DNA of 64,000 bases from Candidatus Yanofskybacteria bacterium (GTDB taxonomy: Bacteria; Patescibacteriota; Minisyncoccia; JACQLN01). Positions 43,573 through 52,915 of the stretch are shown one piece after another (positions within the stretch are counted from its first letter, which is position 1; each line of letters opens with the position of its first letter). Position numbers and translations under genes: made by a program. The notes beneath the pieces are model-generated. The model saw only the letters and a list, made by a program, of their open reading frames with translations. It was not told the origin of the DNA and ran no database searches. The stretch lies in contig CALRHC010000002.1 in NCBI GenBank assembly GCA_943359335.1, forward strand, positions 1,290-65,289, in the 5' to 3' direction.

Positions 43573-43590
43573 CCCCGCCAAAAGACGGGG
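43573..43590 (-). terminator. hairpin CCCCG-CCAAAAGA-CGGGG after 43618..44163 gene
   Basis: minus-strand TTTGATTTTATGG. Confidence 0.55.
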
Positions 43591-43617
43591 TTTGTAATTA
43601 CGTAATTACTTAGTTGC

Positions 43618-44163
43618 CTAATTACTTCTAATTTTCTTATATCCCAACCAAATAAGAATTGCGAGCGCAACACCCAAAACAATAAAACGTAAGTAATCGT
43701 TCATATCGGACCAATAACGAATAGTGCCAACAATAAGCGACAGAAGTCCTCCACCCAAAAAGCCATTGGCTACTGGCGCAGCGCTGATAACTAAAAAACC
43801 AAGGCCAAGCGAAATAAGGCCTAAAATAACAAGGGCTATAAATACATTGCGGTTATAAACATCGCGTGCGGATTCATAACTTTCGCGGCACTTAGCCGTA
43901 GAATCGCACCAACTCGTCTCGCCTGTTTGAGGTTGAGGCTTCATGGGTACTATCTGCCCATCGTAATTAACTTGATTACTTTCGTACCACTTTCCACCCA
44001 CCGCTTCGCACGAAGCTTTTTCGGTATAAACTTTTTGAGTTAACTCGACCGAACAAAAGTTTTCAAACTTAGGTTCCGGATAAAAAGTAAAAACCCCGTA
44101 ATTAAAAAACAAATTGAGCACTATTACTATGGCCAAAGCCAAAATTATTTCTTTTATTTTCAT
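43618..44163 (-). CDS. hypothetical membrane protein with Cys-rich extracytoplasmic segment
   Basis: 181 aa. Confidence 0.5.
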   Translation of the reverse strand: MKIKEIILALAIVIVLNLFFNYGVFTFYPEPKFENFCSVELTQKVYTEKASCEAVGGKWYESNQVNYDGQIVPMKPQPQTGETSWCDSTAKCRESYESARDVYNRNVFIALVILGLISLGLGFLVISAAPVANGFLGGGLLSLIVGTIRYWSDMNDYLRFIVLGVALAILIWLGYKKIRSN

Positions 44164-44165
44164 AT

Positions 44166-44753
44166 TTATTTAAACAACCTAAAAGAGTTATAAATTTTAT
44201 TTAAAATATCATTATCATCTTCACTATAGAAAATAAGGATTTTACCATCGCCGAGCCAAACATACATTTCATAAACATTACCTATCATTCCTTCGAAATT
44301 TCTGCGATGCAAAATAACCATGGCCTCGCCTAGTTTTTTTACCACAAAGGTGGAATAAAATTTTTCACCAATTACATTGTTTCCACCAAGATTAAAATAT
44401 AAACTCCTTAAGTTATTTTCATATTCGGCTAAGGATTTAAATTTAACATCTTGATAATATGCCTTGATTCCAGAAGCTTCATAATATCCATCCTTTTTAA
44501 AAAAACCAACAATCGCCACACCATCAGGATTTTCTTCTGCGCTATAATATTCCGGATATTTTATCTCAAACCCATACTTTTCATTTCTATAAGTTTTCCA
44601 ATTCGCGGTTTCGTCTGCGACTTTTTGATTTGCATTTGAATTTTCCGCTGGAGCATAAGCTGGTTTTTTAGAGAGATAAAAATACCCGCCACCGAGTAGT
44701 AAAATTCCTAGTGCGATGATAACAACATCTTTTATAAATCCTTTTTGGTTCAT
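44166..44753 (-). CDS. secreted/anchored protein, paralog A (shares N-terminal approx 70 aa with 45310..45819)
   Basis: MNQKGFIKDVVIIALGILLLGGGYFY... approx 80% nt identity over first 200 nt with paralog B. Confidence 0.55.
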   Translation of the reverse strand: MNQKGFIKDVVIIALGILLLGGGYFYLSKKPAYAPAENSNANQKVADETANWKTYRNEKYGFEIKYPEYYSAEENPDGVAIVGFFKKDGYYEASGIKAYYQDVKFKSLAEYENNLRSLYFNLGGNNVIGEKFYSTFVVKKLGEAMVILHRRNFEGMIGNVYEMYVWLGDGKILIFYSEDDNDILNKIYNSFRLFK

Positions 44754-44754
44754 G

Positions 44755-44976
44755 TTATTTTAATAACTTCTCAAATTCAGACGGGGATAATTCGGCGTCT
44801 CGTAAAATTTTTCTTAACAGACCATGACCAATAATTTTATGATCTGGTATGGTTACTGATTTTCTACCTGGGCAAAACAATCGCATATGACTACCGCGCT
44901 GACGAACTTGCCTGTAACCAATTCTGCTAAGAGTTTTTGTTAATTCCTTACCTGAAAATAAAGGCAGGCGAGTCAT
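44755..44976 (-). CDS. hicA: HicA family toxin (mRNA interferase)
   Basis: YcfA/HicA signature ...RQRGSHMRL...VTIPDHK. Confidence 0.8.
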   Translation of the reverse strand: MTRLPLFSGKELTKTLSRIGYRQVRQRGSHMRLFCPGRKSVTIPDHKIIGHGLLRKILRDAELSPSEFEKLLK

Positions 44977-44981
44977 ATATA

Positions 44982-45233
44982 CTAGAAAGACATTGTATAT
45001 AAACTTAATTCTTTAGAACGATAGGCTTTAAGCAAATCTTTATTTCCTTTGTCTTCTATAATTAGCTCAATAACTTCGCGTATGTTTTTTAAAGCCTCGT
45101 TTTTTGTTTTACCTTGACTGTAACATCCTTCAAAAACAGGACATTCCACCACATAAAAACCGTCCTCGTCTTTTTCTACAAGCAAGGGCAGTTTAGAGCC
45201 TAATCGTTTGGTTTTAGTACTAACCTTTGACAT
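44982..45233 (-). CDS. hicB: HicB-like antitoxin (UPF0150)
   Basis: DGFYVVECPVFEGCYSQGKTKNEALKNIREVIELII. Confidence 0.75.
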   Translation of the reverse strand: MSKVSTKTKRLGSKLPLLVEKDEDGFYVVECPVFEGCYSQGKTKNEALKNIREVIELIIEDKGNKDLLKAYRSKELSLYTMSF

Positions 45234-45309
45234 ATTGATTTTACCTTAGCTTATTTTGAGACCTTTGCCAATTATTCTTTAATCACCGCTAAAGCCAAAA
45301 TTATTTATT

Positions 45310-45819
45310 TTATTTTGTGAATTTGAAGGTTGATAAAACCTTGTTACAAAAATCCAAAATATCTAATCCACCATAATCTACACAATTGGCATAAACTTTC
45401 CGATTATCTTTATAAAAATAAATTGGATTCTCGCCGTCTATATTATTATTTTTAGTAAATAAAACAGTTTTCACTGATACGATTTGATATCTACTATCCG
45501 CCACATTACTTATCGTTAATCTTGCTGGCTCGTAACCTCCCGCCAATAAATCATAACTCACATCTACCTGAAAATCGGCGGCATTTTGAAAAAAAGACTG
45601 ATCAATAACGTCTGAACTTTTTGGGTATCTGAATTCAATTTCATATTTTTCATTTCTATAAGTCTTCCAATCTTTAGTTTCATCGGCAATTTGATTTTGA
45701 TTCGTATTTTCCGCTGGAGCATAGGCTGGGTTTTTGGAAAAATAAAAATACCCACCGCCTAGCAGTAGAATCGCTAGTACAATAATGACAATGTCTTTAA
45801 TAAAACCTTTTTGGTTCAT
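45310..45819 (-). CDS. secreted/anchored protein, paralog B
   Basis: MNQKGFIKDIVIIVLAILLLGGGYFY... Confidence 0.55.
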   Translation of the reverse strand: MNQKGFIKDIVIIVLAILLLGGGYFYFSKNPAYAPAENTNQNQIADETKDWKTYRNEKYEIEFRYPKSSDVIDQSFFQNAADFQVDVSYDLLAGGYEPARLTISNVADSRYQIVSVKTVLFTKNNNIDGENPIYFYKDNRKVYANCVDYGGLDILDFCNKVLSTFKFTK

Positions 45820-45831
45820 AGTTTAAATGTA

Positions 45832-47160
45832 TCACTTTTTACTTAACTTCTCTATCTCCTCTAAAACAATAGCTTTTTCATCCCAATCCATGGAACCAAA
45901 CTTGGTCATCATGGTTTTTTCGGCGCCTTTGCCCGTTATTAAAACCACATCACCGTGCCTGGCGGATTCTAACGCTTCGCGTATAGCCAAACGCCTGTCC
46001 ATAATTTTTCTGTATTTTTTATGCTTAATGCCTTTAGCCACCTCGTTAACAATTTTTTCTGGGTCTTCGGTATAAGGGTCTTCGTCGGTCAAAAATATTT
46101 CGTCGCAATAATTTTCGGAAATTGTACCCATTTCTTTTCTCTTCCATTTATCGCGCCCTCCACCAGCTGCCCCCAAGACACCAATTAATTTATGGCTATT
46201 TTTTGTCCAGAACGATTTTGCCACACGATAAACCGCTTCTAGAGCATCTGGTGTATGTGCGTAATCTATAACCACCAAAAATGGTTTTTCCTGTAAAATT
46301 TCTAACCTACCTGGTGCACCCTTAAAACTTTCTATGGCTTTCTTAATATGTTTATGTGGGATTTCGTAAGCACGAGCCACCGCCACAGCCGCCAAAGTGT
46401 TATATAAATTAAAATCCCCTAACAATGGGCTTTGGTATTTTTCTTCTTCTAAAACAAACTCTACGCCATTTGCCGAAAACTTTATATTTTCTGGAATAAA
46501 ATTATTTTTAACACCTGCGCGAATATTTTCTTTTAATAAACCATAGCCTATTTTTTCGTCTGCGTTAAAGTTGGCGTAATAGTAAGCCGAGGGGTCATCT
46601 AGATTTATTACACTTATCTTTTTATTCTTTTTAGGCACAAAAAATTTATCTACGGTTTTTTTCTTTAAGGAGTCAAAAAGTATACCTTTAGCTTTTTTAT
46701 ATTTTTCGAACGAGCCATGGCTTTCTATGTGTTCCGGCCGAACATTGGTTAAAACTGCGGTATCAAAATTTATAAAAGCAGCACGATTTTGCTTTAAGCC
46801 TTCCGAAGTAACTTCTACAATTGCATACTGGCAACCAGCATTGGCAGCTTTACGCAAAAAATCTTGCAAGGCAAAACGCCCCGGCATAGTCATTTTAAGT
46901 TTGTTGTCTTCGTATTTATCTTTAATACGAAAGCGTATTGTAGAGGTAGAAGCTATATTTAAACCAAAATCTGTAAAAATTTCGTGAAGTAGTTGAACAA
47001 CTGTAGATTTTCCATTTGTACCCGTTACACCTATTACAATAAGTTCACGCGAAGGAAACTTGTTTTTAATGGCCCCAATAAAAGAAGCAAGCCAATGAAA
47101 ATATTCGTAAAAACTTTTTGGTAAAACTTTTCTTACTATTTTTTTAATTTCTGAAATCAT
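45832..47160 (-). CDS. Mur ligase family protein (MurE-like, short)
   Basis: GVTGTNGKST P-loop, DYAHTPDALEAV motif. Confidence 0.8.
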   Translation of the reverse strand: MISEIKKIVRKVLPKSFYEYFHWLASFIGAIKNKFPSRELIVIGVTGTNGKSTVVQLLHEIFTDFGLNIASTSTIRFRIKDKYEDNKLKMTMPGRFALQDFLRKAANAGCQYAIVEVTSEGLKQNRAAFINFDTAVLTNVRPEHIESHGSFEKYKKAKGILFDSLKKKTVDKFFVPKKNKKISVINLDDPSAYYYANFNADEKIGYGLLKENIRAGVKNNFIPENIKFSANGVEFVLEEEKYQSPLLGDFNLYNTLAAVAVARAYEIPHKHIKKAIESFKGAPGRLEILQEKPFLVVIDYAHTPDALEAVYRVAKSFWTKNSHKLIGVLGAAGGGRDKWKRKEMGTISENYCDEIFLTDEDPYTEDPEKIVNEVAKGIKHKKYRKIMDRRLAIREALESARHGDVVLITGKGAEKTMMTKFGSMDWDEKAIVLEEIEKLSKK

Positions 47161-47741
47161 TTAGATAATAATTTTAAAGCTTCTTCTATTCTACGCTCAA
47201 CACCTTTGGTTTCTGCTGGTATTTTTTTAAGAACATCGCGCGCCTGATAACTTGTATAGCCCAAGCTTTGTAAAGCTTCTAGAATATCGGAATCTTCGGA
47301 AATAGTTTGAGAAGCCATACTTGTAGCCAATGATGCTAAGGTTAACGCTTTCGATTTTAAATCTATTATTATTTTCTGCGCTGTTTTTGCGCCAATACCC
47401 GAAACTCTTTTTAAAACCCCTTCCTCGCCTTTTGTTATAGCGGCAATAATCATTTCGAACGGAACTTCGTCTACCATAGCCATAGCACTACGTGGCCCAA
47501 CACCAGAAACTGTTATTAACATTTCAAAAATATCTAGTTCTTCTGTATTTAAAAAACCGTATAATTCTTGCGTGTCTTCACGCTGATATGGATGCGTAAA
47601 AACCTTTACAAGTTCGCCATTTTCTTGTATTTTTCCAAGTGCACTGTTAGTCATAAAAATGCGGTAACCCAAAGACCCGCATTTAAGTATGCACCTGCGA
47701 TCATATTTTTTTATTAATTCACCTTCTAGGTAGCCGATCAT
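47157..47741 (-). CDS. ruvA: Holliday junction DNA helicase RuvA
   Basis: LITVSGVGPRSAMAM HhH; start MIGYLEGELI. Confidence 0.85.
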   Translation of the reverse strand: MIGYLEGELIKKYDRRCILKCGSLGYRIFMTNSALGKIQENGELVKVFTHPYQREDTQELYGFLNTEELDIFEMLITVSGVGPRSAMAMVDEVPFEMIIAAITKGEEGVLKRVSGIGAKTAQKIIIDLKSKALTLASLATSMASQTISEDSDILEALQSLGYTSYQARDVLKKIPAETKGVERRIEEALKLLSK

Positions 47742-47764
47742 GATAAAAATATCATAACCCGAAT

Positions 47765-49705
47765 ATGTCACGATTCAAACTCGTATCAAAATTTAAACCA
47801 ACAGGAGATCAGCCAGAAGCAATCAAAAAATTGACCGAGGGAGTTTTAGCTGGCGCAAAAGCTCAAACTTTACTGGGTGTAACTGGTTCTGGTAAAACAT
47901 TCACAATAGCTAATGTTATAGAAAACGTTCAAAAGCCAACCTTAGTAGTTTCTCACAATAAAACTCTGGCTTGGCAATTATACCAAGAGTTTAAAGATTT
48001 CTTTCCCGAAAACGAAGTTCATTATTTTGTTTCTTACTACGACTACTACCAACCCGAAGCCTATATGCCCCAAACCGATACCTATATAGAAAAAGACGCA
48101 AAGATAAACCAAGAAATAGACAAACTTCGCCATGCCGCCACCCAAGCCGTACTTTCAAACCCCGACACCATAATAGTGGCTTCAGTTTCTTGTATATACA
48201 ATATTGGCGATCCTAACGAATACCAAAATGCGGCTATGTTTTTAAAAACCGGTATTAATATTTCTAGAAAAGATTTTTTAAAAAGATTAGTGCTGATGCA
48301 GTTTTCTCGTAACAATATTGCACCGCTCCCTGGAACATTTAGAACTAAAGGCGAAACTATAGAAGTTAACCTACCAACCGGCGAAGAAATTATACGTGTA
48401 AATTTTTTTGGTAGTGAAATAGAAAAAATATGGAGCTCGAAGCAAGGAATTTTAAACGAATATACTCTATTCCCTGCCAAACACTTTATTACTTCGGAGC
48501 GGAAGCTAAAAATTGCGCTTGCCAACATTCAAACAGAACTAGATGAATGTTTAAAAGAATTAAGAAAAGAAAATAAAGTTTTAGAAGCCGCCCGCTTAGA
48601 ACAGCGCACTCATTACGATATGGAAATGTTAGCTGAAGCCGGTTATTGCTCGGGTATAGAAAACTATTCTCGCCATTTAGCTTTTAAAAAACCTGGGGAA
48701 TCGCCTTATACACTTTTAGATTTTTTTCCTAAAGATTCCTTGCTTATAGTAGACGAATCTCATATGACTATCCCCCAAATACGGGGAATGTACAACGGCG
48801 ACCGAGCCAGAAAAACCACTTTGGTTGAACATGGCTTTAGAATGCCTTCGGCTTTAGATAATCGCCCTATGATGTTTAAAGAATGGGAGGATAAAAATAA
48901 ACAAACAATTTTCTCTTCGGCTACACCCAACGATTATGAATTAGAAAAATCACACAACCCTTCGGCAGGCTCAGGGCAAGCTAAGCAAAATTTGTATTTA
49001 GCCGAACAATTAATAAGACCAACTCATATTTTAGATCCTATAGTTGAAGTACGGCCAACCGAAGGTCAAATTGATAACGCCCTAAAAGAAATAAAAGACC
49101 GAGCTAAGCTTGGTGAGAGGGTTTTAATTACCGTGGTTACGAAACGTTTAGCCGAAGACCTAGCCGAACATTTAGCTAAAGCTGGTATTAAAGCGGCTTA
49201 TTTACATTCGGAAATTAAAACCATGAACCGCCCCGAAATTTTAAACGATCTGCGAAGCGGAAAAATAGATGCGCTGGTGGGTGTAAATTTACTTCGTGAG
49301 GGTTTAGATTTACCCGAAGTTTCTTTAATTTTAATTTTTGACGCCGATAAAGAAGGTTTTTTAAGAAATGAAACTACTATGGTACAAACCATCGGCCGCG
49401 CCGCGCGCCACATAGACGGCAAAGTTATTATGTATGCCGATAAAATAACAGGCTCTATGAAATCGGCAATTAGAGAAACTGAACGCCGCCGCACTGCTCA
49501 AGAAAAATATAATAAAGAAAACGGCTTTGAACCTGTAGCTATTAAAAAAGATATTAAACTTACACCAGTTATACCCGAACCAGAAAGGATCTGGTTGGAA
49601 TCTAAAACCAAAAAAGAACTGGAGCGCGAACTTAAAGCCGCCATTGCGGAATGGGATTTTGAAAAATCTATTTTAATTAGAGATTATTTAAAAACATTAG
49701 AATAA
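47765..49705 (+). CDS. uvrB: excinuclease ABC subunit B
   Basis: 646 aa, GVTGSGKT, helicase motifs, beta-hairpin region. Confidence 0.95.
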   Translation: MSRFKLVSKFKPTGDQPEAIKKLTEGVLAGAKAQTLLGVTGSGKTFTIANVIENVQKPTLVVSHNKTLAWQLYQEFKDFFPENEVHYFVSYYDYYQPEAYMPQTDTYIEKDAKINQEIDKLRHAATQAVLSNPDTIIVASVSCIYNIGDPNEYQNAAMFLKTGINISRKDFLKRLVLMQFSRNNIAPLPGTFRTKGETIEVNLPTGEEIIRVNFFGSEIEKIWSSKQGILNEYTLFPAKHFITSERKLKIALANIQTELDECLKELRKENKVLEAARLEQRTHYDMEMLAEAGYCSGIENYSRHLAFKKPGESPYTLLDFFPKDSLLIVDESHMTIPQIRGMYNGDRARKTTLVEHGFRMPSALDNRPMMFKEWEDKNKQTIFSSATPNDYELEKSHNPSAGSGQAKQNLYLAEQLIRPTHILDPIVEVRPTEGQIDNALKEIKDRAKLGERVLITVVTKRLAEDLAEHLAKAGIKAAYLHSEIKTMNRPEILNDLRSGKIDALVGVNLLREGLDLPEVSLILIFDADKEGFLRNETTMVQTIGRAARHIDGKVIMYADKITGSMKSAIRETERRRTAQEKYNKENGFEPVAIKKDIKLTPVIPEPERIWLESKTKKELERELKAAIAEWDFEKSILIRDYLKTLE

Positions 49706-49717
49706 CATCCTTACATT

Positions 49718-49737
49718 CCTGCCTGCCGGCAGGCAGG
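49718..49737. terminator. perfect 20-nt GC palindrome CCTGCCTGCCGGCAGGCAGG (inside CTTACA...TGTAAG) 13 nt after uvrB stop
   Basis: no T-run; possible terminator or protein site. Confidence 0.4.
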
Positions 49738-49809
49738 CTCAAGTTTGTAAGTATGATATAAATGTTATGTAATAAAATAAGCAGGCCGTTTTGACCTGCT
49801 TCGCAGAAG

Positions 49810-50199
49810 CTACACCATACCAAGTTCACTTTTTAATTTATCGAGTTCCTCCATAGAACTTATAGGAAATTGTCTTTCGCCTACTGATACTACTATAGGC
49901 ATTTTCTGCACAGAAACAGAGTTGTTTATAACTCTCACAAAAGCCGGATCACTTACAGCGCCTCTCAGTATATCTCGAATATCAGCATCAAGTTTTTGAC
50001 ATGCAAATTCATAAGCCATTCGTCTAAACCTTAAGGCAAGTAATGACCATAAAAAGGTCATGGTGAGCCAAATAGCACCTGTAATAATAAAGGCAATATC
50101 TGTATCTAAGTAAAAAAGAATGAATGTGTTAGCTATGCCAACAACCAAAGTAAAAACCCACAATATTCCAAACCACTTATCCAACCCCTTGATATTCAT
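49810..50199 (-). CDS. hypothetical membrane protein
   Basis: AAGGAGGG SD; 2 N-terminal TMs. Confidence 0.5.
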   Translation of the reverse strand: MNIKGLDKWFGILWVFTLVVGIANTFILFYLDTDIAFIITGAIWLTMTFLWSLLALRFRRMAYEFACQKLDADIRDILRGAVSDPAFVRVINNSVSVQKMPIVVSVGERQFPISSMEELDKLKSELGMV

Positions 50200-50227
50200 A
50201 GAAAACCCTCCTTTTTATTTAAAGAAC

Positions 50228-50365
50228 TCACCAAAACCAGTCTATTATGTATCCGGCACAAGCCATCGGCAAAAGAAGAATGATTGCCTCTAATACGAAT
50301 AGCACTGCAAAGTTAGGTTCATATTCCATTCTCGCTACACTTAATAACTCCGACCTCTTTGCCAT
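50228..50365 (-). CDS. small 45-aa membrane peptide (MAKRSELLSVARMEYEPNFAVLFVLEAIILLLPMACAGYIIDWFW), not in ORF track
   Basis: AAGGAG SD 6 nt upstream; immediately precedes 49810..50199. Confidence 0.4.
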   Translation of the reverse strand: MAKRSELLSVARMEYEPNFAVLFVLEAIILLLPMACAGYIIDWFW

Positions 50366-50446
50366 ACTTTGCTCCTTTGTTTAAATTAACTTGCCTAAAA
50401 TCAATGATTCTGATATTATCAAACCTACTTATTAAACGCAATTATG

Positions 50447-50518
50447 CCCCGTAGTAGAATCTCCGAAAGATGCCTTTGGCATCAATTGGATACAGATCGG
50501 AAATTCACTAGCAGGGCT
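50447..50518. repeat. repeat family F4 copy 2, immediately upstream of TATAAT of rpsT
   Basis: GATGCC-TTT-GGCATC inner stem (compensatory vs copy 1 GATGCT/AGCATC). Confidence 0.6.
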
Positions 50519-50557
50519 ATAATTTTGTAGCTAAACGCTACGCTTATAGACAAAATT

Positions 50558-50821
50558 ATGCCTATCAAAAAATCGGCCAAAAAGGCCTTAAGACAAACAG
50601 AAAAAAGAACCAAAGTTAATAAAGACAGAAAGTCTAATATTAAAGATTTGGAAAAGAAGCTGGTTAAGGAAATTTCGGCTAAAAACAAAAAAGAGGCTGC
50701 TCAAGCTTTGAGTAATTTTTCACAAGCTTTAGATAAAGCTGTAAAAAATCACGTACTTCTTAAGAACACAGCTTCCCGCCAAAAATCACGCTTTCAAAAA
50801 GCTATAAACAAAATCAGTTAA
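50558..50821 (+). CDS. rpsT: 30S ribosomal protein S20
   Basis: MPIKKSAKKALRQTEKRTKVN. Confidence 0.9.
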   Translation: MPIKKSAKKALRQTEKRTKVNKDRKSNIKDLEKKLVKEISAKNKKEAAQALSNFSQALDKAVKNHVLLKNTASRQKSRFQKAINKIS

Positions 50822-51736
50822 CGCTTCTCTGCCATCTTTGCCGCCAGTTTTTATAGCTAAATCAACATCTACCAAACTTTGGTAGATGTTTTTTAATTCT
50901 ACTTGAGAAAAGTTTTTTAAAGCACTTAAAGTTTTTTGTGCCACCCAAGGGTTTAGTTTAAATTTTTGAACAGCTTCGGCTTGTGTAATTTTGACATCGG
51001 CTAGTTTTAACATATTTCTAAACTGCCAAACTAAAGCTCCTAAAACCAAAACAGGGTCTTCGTTTTTTTGCCACAACTCTTCCAACCCTTCTAAAGCTAA
51101 GCTAACTTTTTTCTGAACCAAAGCGTCAGTAACTTTAAAACTACTCGCCACCACATTAAATACAACTAAATTCTCTATATCTTTTTTTGTTATAGTACTA
51201 TTGCTATGAGCCGATAGTTTAGCTACTTCGTTCCAAACTCTATTAGCATCACAGCCCACACCATCTATCAAAAACGCTAAATCTGTACGAGAAATTTTAA
51301 TATTTTCTTCTTCGGTCTTTTTTAAACACCAATCTATTAATTTGGGTTTATCTAAATTTTTAAATTCTTTAACTTCGCCTAATGTTTTTAAAAACTCAAC
51401 TCTTTTTTTAATACCTTCTTTTAAATCGCCTAAAATATCGTATAGAACTAAAATGACGTCGTCGGATTCTTTTAAAAATTTGTTTTTATTTATAATATCT
51501 TCAACTTCTTTATACTTAGGCTCTACAGTAGATAAAACTCCTCTTAAAAAAACTAACTTCTTTTCGCTAAACATAGACTGGCTTTCCAAAGAAGATTTTA
51601 ATTCGTCGCAGTTTTCTTCTAAATCGAACTTAAACAAATTTAAACCACTCTTAAACTTAGCCCTATAAGATTCGCTAATCTTGGCCAATTTTTCTTGTAT
51701 TAAAAAAGAATTTTCTCCGTAATATGTATAGATCAT
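50786..51736 (-). CDS. holA: DNA polymerase III delta subunit
   Basis: MIYTYYGENSFLIQEKL N-terminus typical of HolA. Confidence 0.78.
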   Translation of the reverse strand: MIYTYYGENSFLIQEKLAKISESYRAKFKSGLNLFKFDLEENCDELKSSLESQSMFSEKKLVFLRGVLSTVEPKYKEVEDIINKNKFLKESDDVILVLYDILGDLKEGIKKRVEFLKTLGEVKEFKNLDKPKLIDWCLKKTEEENIKISRTDLAFLIDGVGCDANRVWNEVAKLSAHSNSTITKKDIENLVVFNVVASSFKVTDALVQKKVSLALEGLEELWQKNEDPVLVLGALVWQFRNMLKLADVKITQAEAVQKFKLNPWVAQKTLSALKNFSQVELKNIYQSLVDVDLAIKTGGKDGREALTDFVYSFLKA

Positions 51737-52584
51737 TTATATAATCTTTGGCATTTTGGGCAAAAATGCGCCGTACGCGAGCCCACTGTTACTGTTTTGA
51801 TTCTGCTGCCGCAGGCTCGCCCGCCGCTTTGGAGGGCACATTTTTCGCCTTTACGGGCATAAACTAAACGCTGATTAAAATAATCCCCCTTCTTACCAGA
51901 TGTGTCCCGATAGTCTTGGCGGGTTGTACCACGCAATTTAATTGATCGCTCTAAAACAGAAATTAATTTTATAAATAATATTTTTAAGTTACCTTGTGGT
52001 ATTTTTTCAACCAAACTTAGTGGATGAATTTTGGCCATATACAAAGCTTCGTCGGAATATATATTACCCACACCGGCCAAAAATTCTTGGTTTAATAAAA
52101 CTGTTTTAACTTTTCCTTTACGCTTGGAAATTAGTTGTAAAAAATCTCTGGTAGTAATTTCTAAAGGATCGGGGCCAAGTTTTTTAATTTCTGGCCGAGC
52201 TAAAACCTTGTCTTTTTCGCCAAAAATAATCCGGCCGAATTTTCTAACATCGGAAAAATAAAGCTTTGAATGCTTTTTGCCTTTTTTAATATTAAAAATT
52301 AAATGAACAAAGCTTTTTCTTTCTGGTTCGTTAAACAAAAAATGCCCAGTCATTTTTAAATGAACCGCCAACATATACCCACTCGAAAGATGAAAAAGAA
52401 TATTCTTACCCCTGCGTTCTATTTTATTTATTTTTTTATTCTTTACGAGGCGTTGAACACTAGAAAGTCCACCGCTTAAAGAAAAATATTTAGGCCAATC
52501 ACTCCAAATACTAACAAAAACATAACCTGAAAGTCTTTTTTTAAGGTCTTGAGTTATAGTTTCAACTTCTGGTAATTCTGGCAT
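51733..52584 (-). CDS. mutM: formamidopyrimidine-DNA glycosylase
   Basis: MPELPEVE N-terminus, C-terminal CxxC-x-CxxC zinc finger. Confidence 0.9.
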   Translation of the reverse strand: MPELPEVETITQDLKKRLSGYVFVSIWSDWPKYFSLSGGLSSVQRLVKNKKINKIERRGKNILFHLSSGYMLAVHLKMTGHFLFNEPERKSFVHLIFNIKKGKKHSKLYFSDVRKFGRIIFGEKDKVLARPEIKKLGPDPLEITTRDFLQLISKRKGKVKTVLLNQEFLAGVGNIYSDEALYMAKIHPLSLVEKIPQGNLKILFIKLISVLERSIKLRGTTRQDYRDTSGKKGDYFNQRLVYARKGEKCALQSGGRACGSRIKTVTVGSRTAHFCPKCQRLYK

Positions 52585-52585
52585 G

Positions 52586-52915
52586 TTATCTATTGTCTCC
52601 GCTACCGTGAATTTTATCTTTTTTAAACCTAGACGATAATTTTTCTATGTTTGCTTTTGCAATATCTTCTAGAGAAAATTTTAGCTCACCTGCCATTTGC
52701 GATATGTACCACAAAACATCGCCTAGTTCTTTTTTTATATCCTCCCTCTTTTCTTTGGTAATAATACCTTTATCATCTCTTAAAATTTTCTTTACCTTGT
52801 TAGCAACTTCTCCGGCTTCACCCACCAAACCCAGCGTTGGGTAAATAATATTTTTTCCAATATTAGGATAAGCTGCAGTTTTCTTAGCTTTATTTTGATA
52901 TTCTTTAAAATCCAT
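52586..52915 (-). CDS. MazG-like nucleotide pyrophosphohydrolase (ATG at 52915; track uses upstream TTG 52945)
   Basis: GEAGEVANKVKK...LGDVLWYISQMA MazG EExxE/D motifs. Confidence 0.75.
   Translation of the reverse strand: MDFKEYQNKAKKTAAYPNIGKNIIYPTLGLVGEAGEVANKVKKILRDDKGIITKEKREDIKKELGDVLWYISQMAGELKFSLEDIAKANIEKLSSRFKKDKIHGSGDNR

Noticed and set aside
48950-49010. Possible insertion in UvrB (..KSHNPSAGSGQAKQNLYLAEQ..) sharing GGCAGGCTCA with the downstream palindrome
   Set aside because: A short linker-length variation is common between UvrB domains 3 and 4, and the 10-nt match to the palindrome is within chance expectation.
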